A stretch of DNA of 64,000 bases from Dongiaceae bacterium. GTDB taxonomy: Bacteria; Pseudomonadota; Alphaproteobacteria; SHNJ01. Where the stretch lies: contig JBFXCK010000002.1 of NCBI GenBank assembly GCA_050182275.1, forward strand, positions 2,285 to 66,284, written 5' to 3'. Position numbers and translations under genes: made by a program. Of this stretch, positions 37,487 through 47,447 are shown in pieces (the stretch's first letter is position 1; every line of letters starts with the position of its first letter). A model generated the notes under the pieces. The model did not search any database and had not been told where the DNA came from. It saw only the letters and a program-made list of their open reading frames with translations.

Positions 37487-38791
37487 ATGCAAGGTGAGGT
37501 CGACCAAATCGACCCTATACGTTATTTTGGCCAAGTGACCGGGGTTTTGGGCATGTTGGTTGAATTGACGGGGGTAACCAACCGGTTATCGGTCGGTGAC
37601 CGCTGCGTTGTTCTGGGCCGGAACGACAAACGCGTTCCTTGCGAAGTGGTAGGCTTCCGCGACAATAAAGCCTTAGCCATGCCCTTTGCCGATTTAGCCG
37701 GGATCGGGATGGGATCGACGGTTGAAATCGCCAATGCCGCCGGTCAAATTTATCCAACCTTTGGATGGCTGGGGCGCATCATCAACGCGCTAGGCGAACC
37801 CATCGATCAATTAGGGCCGCTGCCTTTGGGCGGCCAGGCTTGGGCAGTTAAAGGAACGCCGCCGCCGGCGCATGCGCGCCAGCGCGTAACGGGCAAGATT
37901 GATTTGGGCGTGCGCTCGATCAACACTTTCACCACTTGCTGCCGTGGGCAGCGTTTGGGGATTTTCTCCGGTTCCGGTGTGGGTAAATCGACCGTCATTT
38001 CAATGATGGCGAAATATACCAATGCCGATGTCACCGTCATCGGGCTGGTCGGCGAACGGGGCCGTGAGGTGCAAGAATTCGTGCAAGATGATTTAGGGCC
38101 GGAAGGCTTAAAGCGTGCCGTGCTGGTGGTCGCCACTTCCGATGAATCGCCTTTGATGCGCCGCCAGGCGGCCTATATGACCTTGGCGGTTGCGGAATAT
38201 TTCCGCGATCAAGGCAAGAATGTTTTATGCTTGATGGATTCGGTCACCCGTTTTGCTATGGCGCAACGGGAAATCGGCCTATCGGTTGGCGAGCCGCCAA
38301 CCAGCAAAGGCTATACCCCAACCGTCTTCACCGAACTGCCGAAATTGCTGGAACGCGCGGGGCCGGGGTTGAAAAATAGCGGCTCGATCACCGCCTTATT
38401 CAGCGTGCTGGTCGAGGGGGATGACACCAACGAACCCATCTCCGACGCCGTGCGCGGGATTTTAGACGGCCACATCGTTCTCGACCGCGCTATTGCCGAA
38501 CGCGGCCGGTATCCGGCGATCAATATTTTGCGCTCGCTTTCCCGGAGCTTGCCCGATTGCAATTCGCCGGATGAAAATAAATTGGTCAGCCGCGCCCGGC
38601 AATTGCTGGCTTCTTATGAAGATATGGCGGAAATGATCAGGCTTGGCGCTTACCGCCCCGGCAGCGATCCGAAAACCGATGAGGCGATTAAATATTATCC
38701 GGCGCTGGAAGATTTCCTGCGCCAGGGCGAGCATGAACCCAGCCGCTTTGCCGACGGCTATGCGCAATTGGCGAAGATTTTGCAGTCCTAA
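37487..38791 (+). CDS. fliI: Flagellum-specific ATPase FliI
   Basis: 434 aa, F1-beta-like, with Walker A GSGVGKST and Walker [11 protein letters not shown]. Confidence 0.93.
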   Translation: MQGEVDQIDPIRYFGQVTGVLGMLVELTGVTNRLSVGDRCVVLGRNDKRVPCEVVGFRDNKALAMPFADLAGIGMGSTVEIANAAGQIYPTFGWLGRIINALGEPIDQLGPLPLGGQAWAVKGTPPPAHARQRVTGKIDLGVRSINTFTTCCRGQRLGIFSGSGVGKSTVISMMAKYTNADVTVIGLVGERGREVQEFVQDDLGPEGLKRAVLVVATSDESPLMRRQAAYMTLAVAEYFRDQGKNVLCLMDSVTRFAMAQREIGLSVGEPPTSKGYTPTVFTELPKLLERAGPGLKNSGSITALFSVLVEGDDTNEPISDAVRGILDGHIVLDRAIAERGRYPAINILRSLSRSLPDCNSPDENKLVSRARQLLASYEDMAEMIRLGAYRPGSDPKTDEAIKYYPALEDFLRQGEHEPSRFADGYAQLAKILQS

Positions 38792-38794
38792 GCC

Positions 38795-39214
38795 ATGAAA
38801 AAAATCGGCACGCTCATCCGCTTGCATAAGCTAGAGCTTGATGAAAAGCGCCGCCGCCTGCGGGGCTTGGAAGAAGAGCTGGCGGCTTTAAAGGCGGCGC
38901 GCAAAAATTTAGATATTGAATTAAAAAATGAGCAAAAAACCGCCGGCAGCGATGTATCTTATTCCGTTACCTATGCCGGCTACGCCAAACGCTTCATGCA
39001 GCGCCGGGAGGAATTAGAGGCGGCATTGGAAGTAAAAGCGGTGGAAGTCGATGTCGCCGCCGAATTTGTGCGGGAGGCGTTTCAAGAGCTGAAAAAATAC
39101 GAAATCACCGCCGGGCGTCAAAAGGCCAAGGCGAAAAAAGAGCGCGAGACGATAGAGCAGAACGAGCTGGATGAAGCGGCGGGCGATAAGCACCAGCGCA
39201 AGAAAAAGGGCTAA
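38795..39214 (+). CDS. fliJ: Flagellar export protein FliJ (coiled-coil)
   Basis: 139-aa, highly charged coiled-coil protein immediately after fliI. The call rests on position and composition. Confidence 0.6.
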   Translation: MKKIGTLIRLHKLELDEKRRRLRGLEEELAALKAARKNLDIELKNEQKTAGSDVSYSVTYAGYAKRFMQRREELEAALEVKAVEVDVAAEFVREAFQELKKYEITAGRQKAKAKKERETIEQNELDEAAGDKHQRKKKG

Positions 39215-40884
39215 ACCGCGACGATGTCGTGGCTGCCGGCGGCGATTTCATTTAACGGTTGCACGGCAAAGGGCGATTCCACTTGAAACAGCAATTGGCC
39301 TTTTAATCCGGCGGCTTCACTGTAGTCTTGAAAAATTTTTGTAATATCTTCCCGCATATTGGGCGCCAGGGCTTGGGCCGTGCGCACCATTAAATCAAAG
39401 CGCTGTTTGGCGACATAGCCATCCAATTGAAAGGGCCCAAGCCGCGTGAAATCGACCTCAACAATAAAACGCTGGTGGTCTTTTCCTTCCTGTTCTTCAT
39501 GGGCTTTCCGGTGCCAGAAAAAGCGTATGGGATGAAATTGCGCACCGTCAAACATGGGAATGAAAGCGGCCTGCCATTCGCCGCTTTTGGTCGCGGCGTA
39601 ACGCGCTTGCTCTTGCCAATCGGCGGTTAGTTTTTTGGCGCCTTCCTCGCCGATCGTTTCCTGCAAAAGGCGGAAAATTTCCGGTGTCAGCCATAAATTC
39701 ATTTCGCTTTTTTGCAAGCCTTGCAGGAAAGCGAAAACCGTATTTGCCAGATGAGCCGGGTTTTGGCCGTTCAAATGCTGCGCCAGTTGTGCGGCGATCG
39801 GCGGATTTTTTTGCTGGAAAATCGCTAAGGCATCGCTTAGGGCGGGCCAAGCGCGCGCTAGGGCGGGCAAAGCGGCGCTTTGCTGCCAGGTAATAGGGGC
39901 CGTGGAGAGGGGCATAGGCGCTGGGGTGCTTACTTCCAGCCAAACTTGCGTGCCAGGAGGCACGTTAAATGATTTGGAAAAATGCGCAACTCCTTGCGGT
40001 AATTGTAACAGGGTTTGCCCTTGGCTGGTGGTGCCGATCACGGTTGCGGGCACCATTTTACCCGGCCCCGGCAATTTGGCATTGCCTTGCGGCGCGCCAT
40101 CGGGCGTTAGGATCATCAGCACCTTGGCTTGGACGGGCGGCGGCAGGGCCGAATAAGTTTTATTTTCCGCAGGCGCATAAGTGGGAATAGAACTCTTGGA
40201 CATAAGGGCAGGATTTTTTTGTGGTTGGCTTTCAGCCTCCGGCAAAAACAAGGCCGCGGCGGGCGAAGCGGGAACCGGCGGATTGGCAGGAGGGGTGTTC
40301 GCTGCTTTAGCGCCAGGCGGCGGCGTTTTAGCCGGGTCATTTTTCGCCGCTTCTTCTTTGATGGGCAAAGCCGGGCGCGCCAGAACGGCTAACAGCGCAT
40401 TAGTGGCGGCCTCAAGCGCCAGCGCCTGCGGATTTTGCCCCGCGGTATAGACATGCGCGGCAGCGCCTCCGGTTTCAATAAAATTCAACATTCCGGTAAA
40501 ACCCGGCTCTAAAGGAATCGCCGGCGCAGGCGTAGCAGCGGGAAGCGGGGCGTTCGCCACCGGCGCGCCCGGCTTAGGCAAAGCTTGAATCAAAGCTTGC
40601 AAAATATTCGGCTGGCCCGGCTGTTGTTTCAGTTCGATAATAACGGCGGCGCCGGGCGGCAAAGGCAAAGGGGTTTGCACCACGATTTTGCCTTGCGGGG
40701 TTTGGATTTCTAAGGCGCCTGCCTGGGGGCCTTGATGCAGGCGGCCAATGACTTCACCGCTGATGGAAACGGGTTTGACGCTTTGCGCCAGCAGGGCAGG
40801 CGAGGCTTCCAAGACACGGCTGGGAGCCACGGCCGGCAGGGCGGAAGAAGGAGAGGGGCCAGTAGGACCGCTGATGCGGCTCAC
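39211..40884 (-). CDS. Pro/Ala-rich protein with a FliK-C-like (Flg_hook-like) C-terminal segment; last gene of the flhA-flhF-flhG unit
   Basis: 557 aa with long P/A-rich low-complexity stretches. The C-terminal FIVEVDFTRLGPFQLDGYVAKQRFDLMVRTAQ...GLKGQLLFQV follows the L.P..LG.v.v pattern of hook-length-control C-domains. Its start overlaps the flhG stop by 4 nt. Confidence 0.5.
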   Translation of the reverse strand: MSRISGPTGPSPSSALPAVAPSRVLEASPALLAQSVKPVSISGEVIGRLHQGPQAGALEIQTPQGKIVVQTPLPLPPGAAVIIELKQQPGQPNILQALIQALPKPGAPVANAPLPAATPAPAIPLEPGFTGMLNFIETGGAAAHVYTAGQNPQALALEAATNALLAVLARPALPIKEEAAKNDPAKTPPPGAKAANTPPANPPVPASPAAALFLPEAESQPQKNPALMSKSSIPTYAPAENKTYSALPPPVQAKVLMILTPDGAPQGNAKLPGPGKMVPATVIGTTSQGQTLLQLPQGVAHFSKSFNVPPGTQVWLEVSTPAPMPLSTAPITWQQSAALPALARAWPALSDALAIFQQKNPPIAAQLAQHLNGQNPAHLANTVFAFLQGLQKSEMNLWLTPEIFRLLQETIGEEGAKKLTADWQEQARYAATKSGEWQAAFIPMFDGAQFHPIRFFWHRKAHEEQEGKDHQRFIVEVDFTRLGPFQLDGYVAKQRFDLMVRTAQALAPNMREDITKIFQDYSEAAGLKGQLLFQVESPFAVQPLNEIAAGSHDIVAV

Positions 40885-41675
40885 TGCTCACCAATCAACA
40901 GGCGGGCGATGCTCGAGACATCGACCGCGGCTTCGGTATTTGGATGCCGGGTTAATAGCGGCGTTTGATGGCGGATCGATTCGCTCACTTTGCGGTCGCG
41001 GCGGATAATGCCAGCCAGTTTCGGCTCGAATTTCAAGAAGCCCTTGCATGCTTTCAACAGAGTGGCGTAAGTTTTTTCGCCATCTAATTTTGAATGCGCC
41101 ATGTTCACAACCAAGCGCATATCGGTGTTTGGCTTTTCACTCAGAGAAACTTTGATGAAAGTATAAGCATCGGTAAGCGATGTTGGTTCATCGGTGGAGA
41201 CGATTAAAAAAGCATCGGCATCAACCGCCAGCGCGCGCACCGAACGTTCCACACCTGCGCCCAAATCGATAATGACATGGTCGTATTTTGCCGCCAGCTC
41301 CATCAATTTGACGCGGATTTCCGACAGACGCGAAGCGGGCAGGGAAGCCAGTTGGCCTGAACCCGAACGCCCGGCGATCACATCGAAGCCGCCGGTTTGA
41401 TAATGCGTGATAACTTTTTCCAGCGGCAAATTACCAGTGACCGCCGTGCTTAAATCTTTTTCCGGCATTAAGCCCAATTGAATATCGGCATTAGCCAAGC
41501 CCAAATCGGCATCGAATAACAATACACGTTTGCCAAGGCGGGTGAGAGCGTGGCTTAAGGTGATAGAGAACCAAGTTTTGCCAACCCCCCCTTTACCGGA
41601 TGCAACCGCTATTACACGCGGTACTTTTAAGGCAGTGGATGCCTGGGTTTCTGGGGTGGTTACTGGGGTGGTCAT
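40881..41675 (-). CDS. flhG: MinD/ParA-type flagellar number regulator FlhG (FleN/MotR)
   Basis: Deviant Walker A ASGKGGVGKT, a 264-aa MinD-like protein located after flhF. Confidence 0.8.
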   Translation of the reverse strand: MTTPVTTPETQASTALKVPRVIAVASGKGGVGKTWFSITLSHALTRLGKRVLLFDADLGLANADIQLGLMPEKDLSTAVTGNLPLEKVITHYQTGGFDVIAGRSGSGQLASLPASRLSEIRVKLMELAAKYDHVIIDLGAGVERSVRALAVDADAFLIVSTDEPTSLTDAYTFIKVSLSEKPNTDMRLVVNMAHSKLDGEKTYATLLKACKGFLKFEPKLAGIIRRDRKVSESIRHQTPLLTRHPNTEAAVDVSSIARLLIGEQ

Positions 41676-42652
41676 GACGCTCTCCTCCGAAGAGTATTGA
41701 TAGCATTTAAATTGTCAATATCTGGTAAAATTAACCGGGCCAAAGAGACCGGATTGATGGGATTTAAGCCCTCGGCAATCAAGGGGGTGATGCTTACCTG
41801 GGAAAAGGCCAGTTTTCCCGCATCCGCGACCGCCAGGACGCTGCCAAAGCGCCTTGTCATATCTAGGCGGGTAACGATCATTTTCGCCGCTCCTACCTCT
41901 TTAAAAGTGACCCCAATATCGAAAGCATCCAGGGCATCGCCCCCGGCGCCGTAAACTAGGATAATTTCCCCATCTGTAGCTTTTAACAAGTCTTTAAGAT
42001 GTTCCAGCTCTTCGTTTTTCAGGATGTTAATGCCGGATGTATCAATTAAAATAGGGGTATTGGGGGGATATTTGGCAATTGCAGCAGTCAATTCTTGTTT
42101 GTTTCCAGCACGTAAGAGGTCGATCTTTAGGATATTGGTGAAATATTGAAGCTGTTCATACCCGCCGGTTTTCAAGGAGTCGGTAGTAATGCAAACCGGC
42201 TTTTTGCCCTGAATCACCAATTGGGCGGCTAATTTAGCGATCGTCACCGTTTTACCTACGCCGGGCAAGCCAACCAAAAATACCGGTTTGGCAAAATTAA
42301 TCGCGGTAAAGCGGAATTCGGCATCGAGCGTGCCGGCCAGCGCCATAATAGGATCATCGATTTCTAAACGGCCCAGCGTTTTCAGCAAGCGGTCGGCCAA
42401 TTTGCGCGGCACGCCCATTTTATCGAAAGCCTCGCCAACCACATCGATCGGATCGACATATACCAGCTCGGGCGCAGGCGTTTCGGCGGATTCGGCGGGA
42501 ACAATAGAAGTATCAATTGCGGCAGTGACTTGAATGCCCTGGCCGCCGGTGGCTGGGCCGGATGTAACAATGATCGCATCTTCGCCCAAGGCTTCCCGCA
42601 CCTGGCGCATGGCTTCTTGCATGGTGGCGGCGGTAAAGCTGCGTAAACGCAT
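41672..42652 (-). CDS. flhF: Flagellar biosynthesis GTPase FlhF (short form)
   Basis: SRP-type GTPase motifs GLPGVGKT, DTSG and TRLD, in a 326-aa protein located after flhA. Confidence 0.8.
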   Translation of the reverse strand: MRLRSFTAATMQEAMRQVREALGEDAIIVTSGPATGGQGIQVTAAIDTSIVPAESAETPAPELVYVDPIDVVGEAFDKMGVPRKLADRLLKTLGRLEIDDPIMALAGTLDAEFRFTAINFAKPVFLVGLPGVGKTVTIAKLAAQLVIQGKKPVCITTDSLKTGGYEQLQYFTNILKIDLLRAGNKQELTAAIAKYPPNTPILIDTSGINILKNEELEHLKDLLKATDGEIILVYGAGGDALDAFDIGVTFKEVGAAKMIVTRLDMTRRFGSVLAVADAGKLAFSQVSITPLIAEGLNPINPVSLARLILPDIDNLNAINTLRRRAS

Positions 42653-42674
42653 TGAGTATATACCTGGCTAAGGA

Positions 42675-44774
42675 TTAAATTTGCCCTAAAGTTTTAAGCC
42701 GGGCTTTAGGGTGAACTTCATTTTGCGACATAACGGTGGTAGAGGGACGAAAACGTTCAACGATAGAGCGAACATAGGGCCTAACCATGGGGCTCGTCAA
42801 TAATACCGGGTTTTCGCCGATCATCGAGAAACGGTCAAAAGCCGACCGCACGGCGGCGATGAATTGCTGCAGTTTCGAAGGCGCCATGGATAATTGGCGG
42901 TCTTCGCCCTGGCCGATTAGGGATTCAGCAAAAGTTTGTTCCCATTCGGGAGAGAGGGTGACTAACGAAATCACGCCGTTAAAGGTATTCGATTCGCTCA
43001 GCTGGCGCGCCAAACGGGCGCGGACATGTTCGGTGATATTGGTGATGCTGCGGCTAAAACCGCTGGCCTCGGCGATGCCTTCCAAAATAGTGGGAAGGTC
43101 ACGGATGCTGACCCGTTCCGCCAGCAGATTTTGCAAGACGCGCTGAATGCCGCCGGTGCCAATTTTGCCGGGCACCACTTCGGCGATCAGTTTTTGGTGT
43201 TCTTTGCCTAACTCTTCCATCAATTTTTGCGCTTCGGCGTAAGATAATAATTCCGACATATTATCTTTGATGATTTCGGTTAAGTGCGTGGTCACCACCG
43301 TGGCGGCGTCTACCACCGTATAGCCGCGGAATTGCGCCTCTTCGCGCAATGCTTCGGAAACCCACATCGCCGGCAATCCGAAAGTGGGTTCGGTGGTGGC
43401 TTCGCCCGCTAATTGCAAAGGCTGTCCCCGTGGATCCATCACCAGCAGCATGCCGGGACGGATATCGCCGCGCCCAGCCTCGATTTCCTTGATGCGTAAA
43501 ACATAAACATTGGCTGGCAATTGCAAATTATCCTGGATACGGATCGAGGGCATGACAAAACCCATTTCAGCAGCCAATTGACGGCGCAAGGCTTTGATTT
43601 GATCGGTGATCAACACGCCGCCCTTGGGATTATTCACCAATGCCAAAAGCCCATAACCAAGTTCGATGCGCACCAAATCGATTTGCAAGGAATTGGCGAT
43701 TGGCGCCTCGGCGACCGGCGCCGGCGCAACCTTGCTGGCTATCTGTGCCTCTTGCAGAACGCGCGCCGCCACTTGTTCCTGGCGCTGGGTTAAAAACCAA
43801 GCCATTGCGCCAGCGCCGCCGCCTAAAATCACGAAGGGAATAAAAGGAACGCCCGGTAAAACCGACATGCCCAGCATCAAGAAACTGCTTACACCCCAGG
43901 CGCTGGGATAACCGCTTAACTGGCCGAATACCGCCTTATCGGTCGAGCCGACCACGCCGGTTTTGGTTACCAAAATACCGGCGGCGGTGGAAATAATCAG
44001 CGCCGGCATTTGAGTAACCAGTCCATCGCCCACGGTAAGGGTAGTATAGGCGTGGGTTGCCTGGCTAATGCTTAAATCCATTTGCGCGGTGCCGATAATA
44101 ATGCCGCCTACAATATTGATCAGCGTGATGATCAGGCCGGCGATTGCATCGCCGCGCACGAATTTAGCGGCGCCGTCCATTGAACCGAAAAAGTTACTTT
44201 CATTTTCCAGTTCTTTACGGCGGTCGCGGGCTTGGGTTTCGGTGATCAGGCCGGCGGATAAATCGGCGTCGATCGCCATTTGCTTGCCGGGCATGGCGTC
44301 TAAAGTAAAGCGGGCGGAAACTTCGGCAATGCGCCCCGAACCTTTGGTGATGACGACGAAATTGATCAACACCAAAATCGAAAAGACAATCAGCCCAATC
44401 ACAAAATTACCGCCCATGATGAAATTGCCGAAAGCTTCGATCACATGGCCTGCCGCAGCCGGGCCTTCATGGCCATTGGCCAGAATCAGACGGGTCGAAG
44501 CCAAATTTAGCGACAAGCGCAATAAGGTTGAGACCAGCAACACGGTTGGAAAGGAGCTGAAATCAAGCGGTTTTTGAATGAACAAAACCGTCATCAAGAT
44601 CAGCACGGCGAGCGAGAAGGACAGCGCCAAGGCAATATCCAAAAGCCAGGTCGGCATCGGCAAAATCAAAATCGCGATGATGGCAATAATGCCCAGCGCC
44701 AAGGCAATATCGCCACGGCGCATTAAATTGCCCATCATATCGTCGGGGCTGGGAGCGTTGGCAGTATCGACCAT
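42675..44774 (-). CDS. flhA: Flagellar export gate protein FlhA
   Basis: 699 aa with the FHIPEP motif region (ITKGSGRIAEVSARFTLDAMPGKQMAIDADL) and a cytoplasmic C-domain. Confidence 0.96.
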   Translation of the reverse strand: MVDTANAPSPDDMMGNLMRRGDIALALGIIAIIAILILPMPTWLLDIALALSFSLAVLILMTVLFIQKPLDFSSFPTVLLVSTLLRLSLNLASTRLILANGHEGPAAAGHVIEAFGNFIMGGNFVIGLIVFSILVLINFVVITKGSGRIAEVSARFTLDAMPGKQMAIDADLSAGLITETQARDRRKELENESNFFGSMDGAAKFVRGDAIAGLIITLINIVGGIIIGTAQMDLSISQATHAYTTLTVGDGLVTQMPALIISTAAGILVTKTGVVGSTDKAVFGQLSGYPSAWGVSSFLMLGMSVLPGVPFIPFVILGGGAGAMAWFLTQRQEQVAARVLQEAQIASKVAPAPVAEAPIANSLQIDLVRIELGYGLLALVNNPKGGVLITDQIKALRRQLAAEMGFVMPSIRIQDNLQLPANVYVLRIKEIEAGRGDIRPGMLLVMDPRGQPLQLAGEATTEPTFGLPAMWVSEALREEAQFRGYTVVDAATVVTTHLTEIIKDNMSELLSYAEAQKLMEELGKEHQKLIAEVVPGKIGTGGIQRVLQNLLAERVSIRDLPTILEGIAEASGFSRSITNITEHVRARLARQLSESNTFNGVISLVTLSPEWEQTFAESLIGQGEDRQLSMAPSKLQQFIAAVRSAFDRFSMIGENPVLLTSPMVRPYVRSIVERFRPSTTVMSQNEVHPKARLKTLGQI

Positions 44775-44807
44775 TATAAAACCGACCCTTGCGAGCTATC
44801 CGCCCGA

Positions 44808-46181
44808 TTATAAGGAGGCGCGTTCACCTTCGCCAGGCGAAGGGACATCCACGCCCTCATCCGCGTATTGTTTGAGCTTATTGCGCAACGTCCGAATCGA
44901 AATGCCCAGAATATTGGCCGCATGGGTGCGATTGCCCAGGCAATGATTGAGCGTATTGATAATCAAGGTTTTTTCAACTTCCGCCACTGTTTTGCCGACC
45001 AAAGGCTGGGGCGCCGCATCATTGGCCGAAGGATGATTGCCCGTTGGTGAAGGGATTGAGGGCGTAGCGCCGCCCAAAGTCGGGCTGCTGGTTAGGACAA
45101 TGGCGTCAGCGCCGGTTTCAGCGCCCGTGGCCAACAGCACAGCGCGGTGCAGGCAGTTTTCCAACTCCCGCACATTGCCGCGCCAGGGATGATGCAGGAT
45201 TTTTTGCCGCGCCTCGTTCGAAAGCGGGCGCACCGGCACGCCATTGGCCTCGGCATATTTTTTAATAAAATGAGTAGCCAAGAGCTCAATATCGTTAGGC
45301 CGTTCACGCAAAGCCGGCAGCCGCAAATTCACCACGTTCAAGCGATAGTATAAATCTTCGCGGAATTTACCGGCGCGCACTTCGGCTTCCAAGTCGCGGT
45401 TGCTGGTGGTGATGAGGCGCAGATTAACTTTAACCGGGGTAGTGCCGCCAACACGGTCGATCTCCCGTTCTTGAATCGCGCGCAATAATTTTGCCTGCAA
45501 GCGCGGGTCCATTTCACTGATTTCATCCAGCAACAAGGTGCCGCCATTGGCTTCTTCGAATTTACCGATGCGCCGGGCGACGGCGCCGGTAAAAGAGCCT
45601 TTTTCATGGCCGAATAACTCGGATTCCAGCAAATTTTCCGGAATCGCGGCGCAATTGACCGAAACGAATTTTTCCTTGGCGCGCTTGCTTTTACTGTGAA
45701 TATAGCGCGACATTACTTCTTTACCGGTGCCGGATTCGCCAGTGATTAATACTGTGGCCTCGCTGGAGGCGATTTGATCGGCCATCGCGACAACGCGCGC
45801 CATGACGGGATCTTTAAAAATGATGGAAGTAGTTTCCTCGGTCACCGCTTCCAGCACGGCGGCGATTAACTCGGCATCGGGCGGGAGAGGGATGTATTCC
45901 TTGGCGCCGGCCTTAATGGCGCGGACGGCGGCCTCGGCGTCATTGCCAATGCCGCAGGCGACGACCGGAATGCTGATGCGTTCGGTCGCAAGCGAGATAA
46001 TGAATTTTGCGATATTCAAATTGTAATCGATCATTACCAAATCGGCGCCTTGGCCGCTGCGTAAGGCGTTCATGGCGCTTTCAATATCTTCGACATGCGA
46101 GACTTTGGCGCCGCGGTTCAGCGCGATCTTGCCGGCGGCGGAGATGTGCCCGTTTAAATGGCCGACGATTAACAAACGCAT
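44808..46181 (-). CDS. flbD: Sigma-54-dependent flagellar transcriptional activator FlbD
   Basis: Receiver-like N-terminus, AAA+ domain (GESGTGKE, GSFTGA, sigma-54 interaction region) and a C-terminal Fis-type HTH (AANILGISIRTLRNKL). It lies in a fliF-type operon, as flbD does in Caulobacter. Confidence 0.8.
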   Translation of the reverse strand: MRLLIVGHLNGHISAAGKIALNRGAKVSHVEDIESAMNALRSGQGADLVMIDYNLNIAKFIISLATERISIPVVACGIGNDAEAAVRAIKAGAKEYIPLPPDAELIAAVLEAVTEETTSIIFKDPVMARVVAMADQIASSEATVLITGESGTGKEVMSRYIHSKSKRAKEKFVSVNCAAIPENLLESELFGHEKGSFTGAVARRIGKFEEANGGTLLLDEISEMDPRLQAKLLRAIQEREIDRVGGTTPVKVNLRLITTSNRDLEAEVRAGKFREDLYYRLNVVNLRLPALRERPNDIELLATHFIKKYAEANGVPVRPLSNEARQKILHHPWRGNVRELENCLHRAVLLATGAETGADAIVLTSSPTLGGATPSIPSPTGNHPSANDAAPQPLVGKTVAEVEKTLIINTLNHCLGNRTHAANILGISIRTLRNKLKQYADEGVDVPSPGEGERASL

Positions 46182-46192
46182 GACTTAACTCC

Positions 46193-47065
46193 CTATTCCT
46201 TGAAATACTGAATCCGCTTGTCGGCGGGCAGGATGGTGTTCAAAACCATTTCCAGGCGGCGCGGGTTTTCTTTGCGCGCGATGGAAGTGCTTCCCACCAG
46301 ATAAATCGTATTGACCAATTCTTCTTCCCCGGCGGTGCGTTCTAATTTCGTGGCCAGAGGCAAGAACAATAAATTCGACAGCAAGGCGCCGTACAAGGTG
46401 GTGAGCAAGGCCAACGCCATGCTGGGGCCGATTTTGCTGGCATCGTCTAAAAAGCTGAGCATTTGCACCAGCCCTACCAGCGTGCCGATCAGGCCCATGG
46501 CGGGGGAAACATCGGCGGCTCTGCGCAATACGTTGACGCTGCGTTGAAGCTGGGCGCTTGAAGTCGATAATTCTTTGCGCATAATGCGTTCAATTTCGGT
46601 AGGGCCAAGATTATCGACCACCATTGAGATGGATTTAGCGAAAAAAACTTCGCGGGCGATCTTAGGCAGGAATTTTTGTAAAGTGAGAATGCCGCCTTTG
46701 CGGGCGATTTCCGCCATGCCAAGCACGGTGGTTGCGGCCTGGCTGGCGTCGCGCACCGAATAGACAAGGGTTTTGCCGATGTGGCGGAAAGTTTGCACAA
46801 TATCGCCAAAAGAATAACAGGCGGTGGTGACCGCAAGAGTCGCGCCCAGCACTAAAAGAATCGAGGGCAAATCGATGAAACCGCGCAACGAACCGCTCAT
46901 GGTGATCGCCAGCATGACCAAACCGATCGCCAAGAGCAGGCCTAAAATCGTGGCTAAATCCAGCGTGCTTTCAACATTGCGCAATTTCCGGACCGCTTCT
47001 TGCGCTTCGCGGGCGGCGTTTTGCGCTTGTTCGTTAGGATCGGAGGGGCTGAGAGAAGTAACCAC
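46193..47065 (-). CDS. motA: Flagellar stator protein MotA (MotA/TolQ/ExbB channel family)
   Basis: 290 aa with four TM segments and the conserved C-terminal channel region (PAMGLIGTLVGLVQML ... LLTTLYGALLSNLLFLPLA). The context is flagellar. It has a GTG start and a ~35-aa N-terminal extension, so the start is uncertain. Confidence 0.7.
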   Translation of the reverse strand: MVTSLSPSDPNEQAQNAAREAQEAVRKLRNVESTLDLATILGLLLAIGLVMLAITMSGSLRGFIDLPSILLVLGATLAVTTACYSFGDIVQTFRHIGKTLVYSVRDASQAATTVLGMAEIARKGGILTLQKFLPKIAREVFFAKSISMVVDNLGPTEIERIMRKELSTSSAQLQRSVNVLRRAADVSPAMGLIGTLVGLVQMLSFLDDASKIGPSMALALLTTLYGALLSNLLFLPLATKLERTAGEEELVNTIYLVGSTSIARKENPRRLEMVLNTILPADKRIQYFKE

Positions 47066-47088
47066 GGGACAACTACCTTTTAAGTTAA

Positions 47089-47421
47089 TTAGGCTTTATC
47101 GGATTTAATGATTTCAGTCATGGTTACGCCCAGACGTTCATCGACGATAACAACTTCGCCGCGGGCAACCAGCCGGTTATTGACATAAATATCGATCGCT
47201 TCCCCAACACGGCGGTCGAGTTCGACAACCGCGCCGCGGCCAAGTTTCAGCAATTGATTGACCGGCATATCGGCGCGGCCCAGCACAGCCATCACCTGTA
47301 CCGGAATTTCGCCGATTGCATCCAGCTCACGGCCGCTTTGCGGGGCCTTATCACCCGCTTCAGCGGGCAGTTCTGTGCCCTTGCCTAATTCATTTAAGTT
47401 TAAATTATTATCGGTGGTCAT
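47089..47421 (-). CDS. fliN: Flagellar motor switch protein FliN
   Basis: 110 aa with a SpoA-type domain (IPVQVMAVLGRADMPVNQLLKLGRGAVVELDRRVGEAIDIYVNNRLVARGEVVIVDERLGV). Confidence 0.9.
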   Translation of the reverse strand: MTTDNNLNLNELGKGTELPAEAGDKAPQSGRELDAIGEIPVQVMAVLGRADMPVNQLLKLGRGAVVELDRRVGEAIDIYVNNRLVARGEVVIVDERLGVTMTEIIKSDKA

Positions 47422-47447
47422 GGTCGGCTCCTTTGAGAAGAGAAAAT

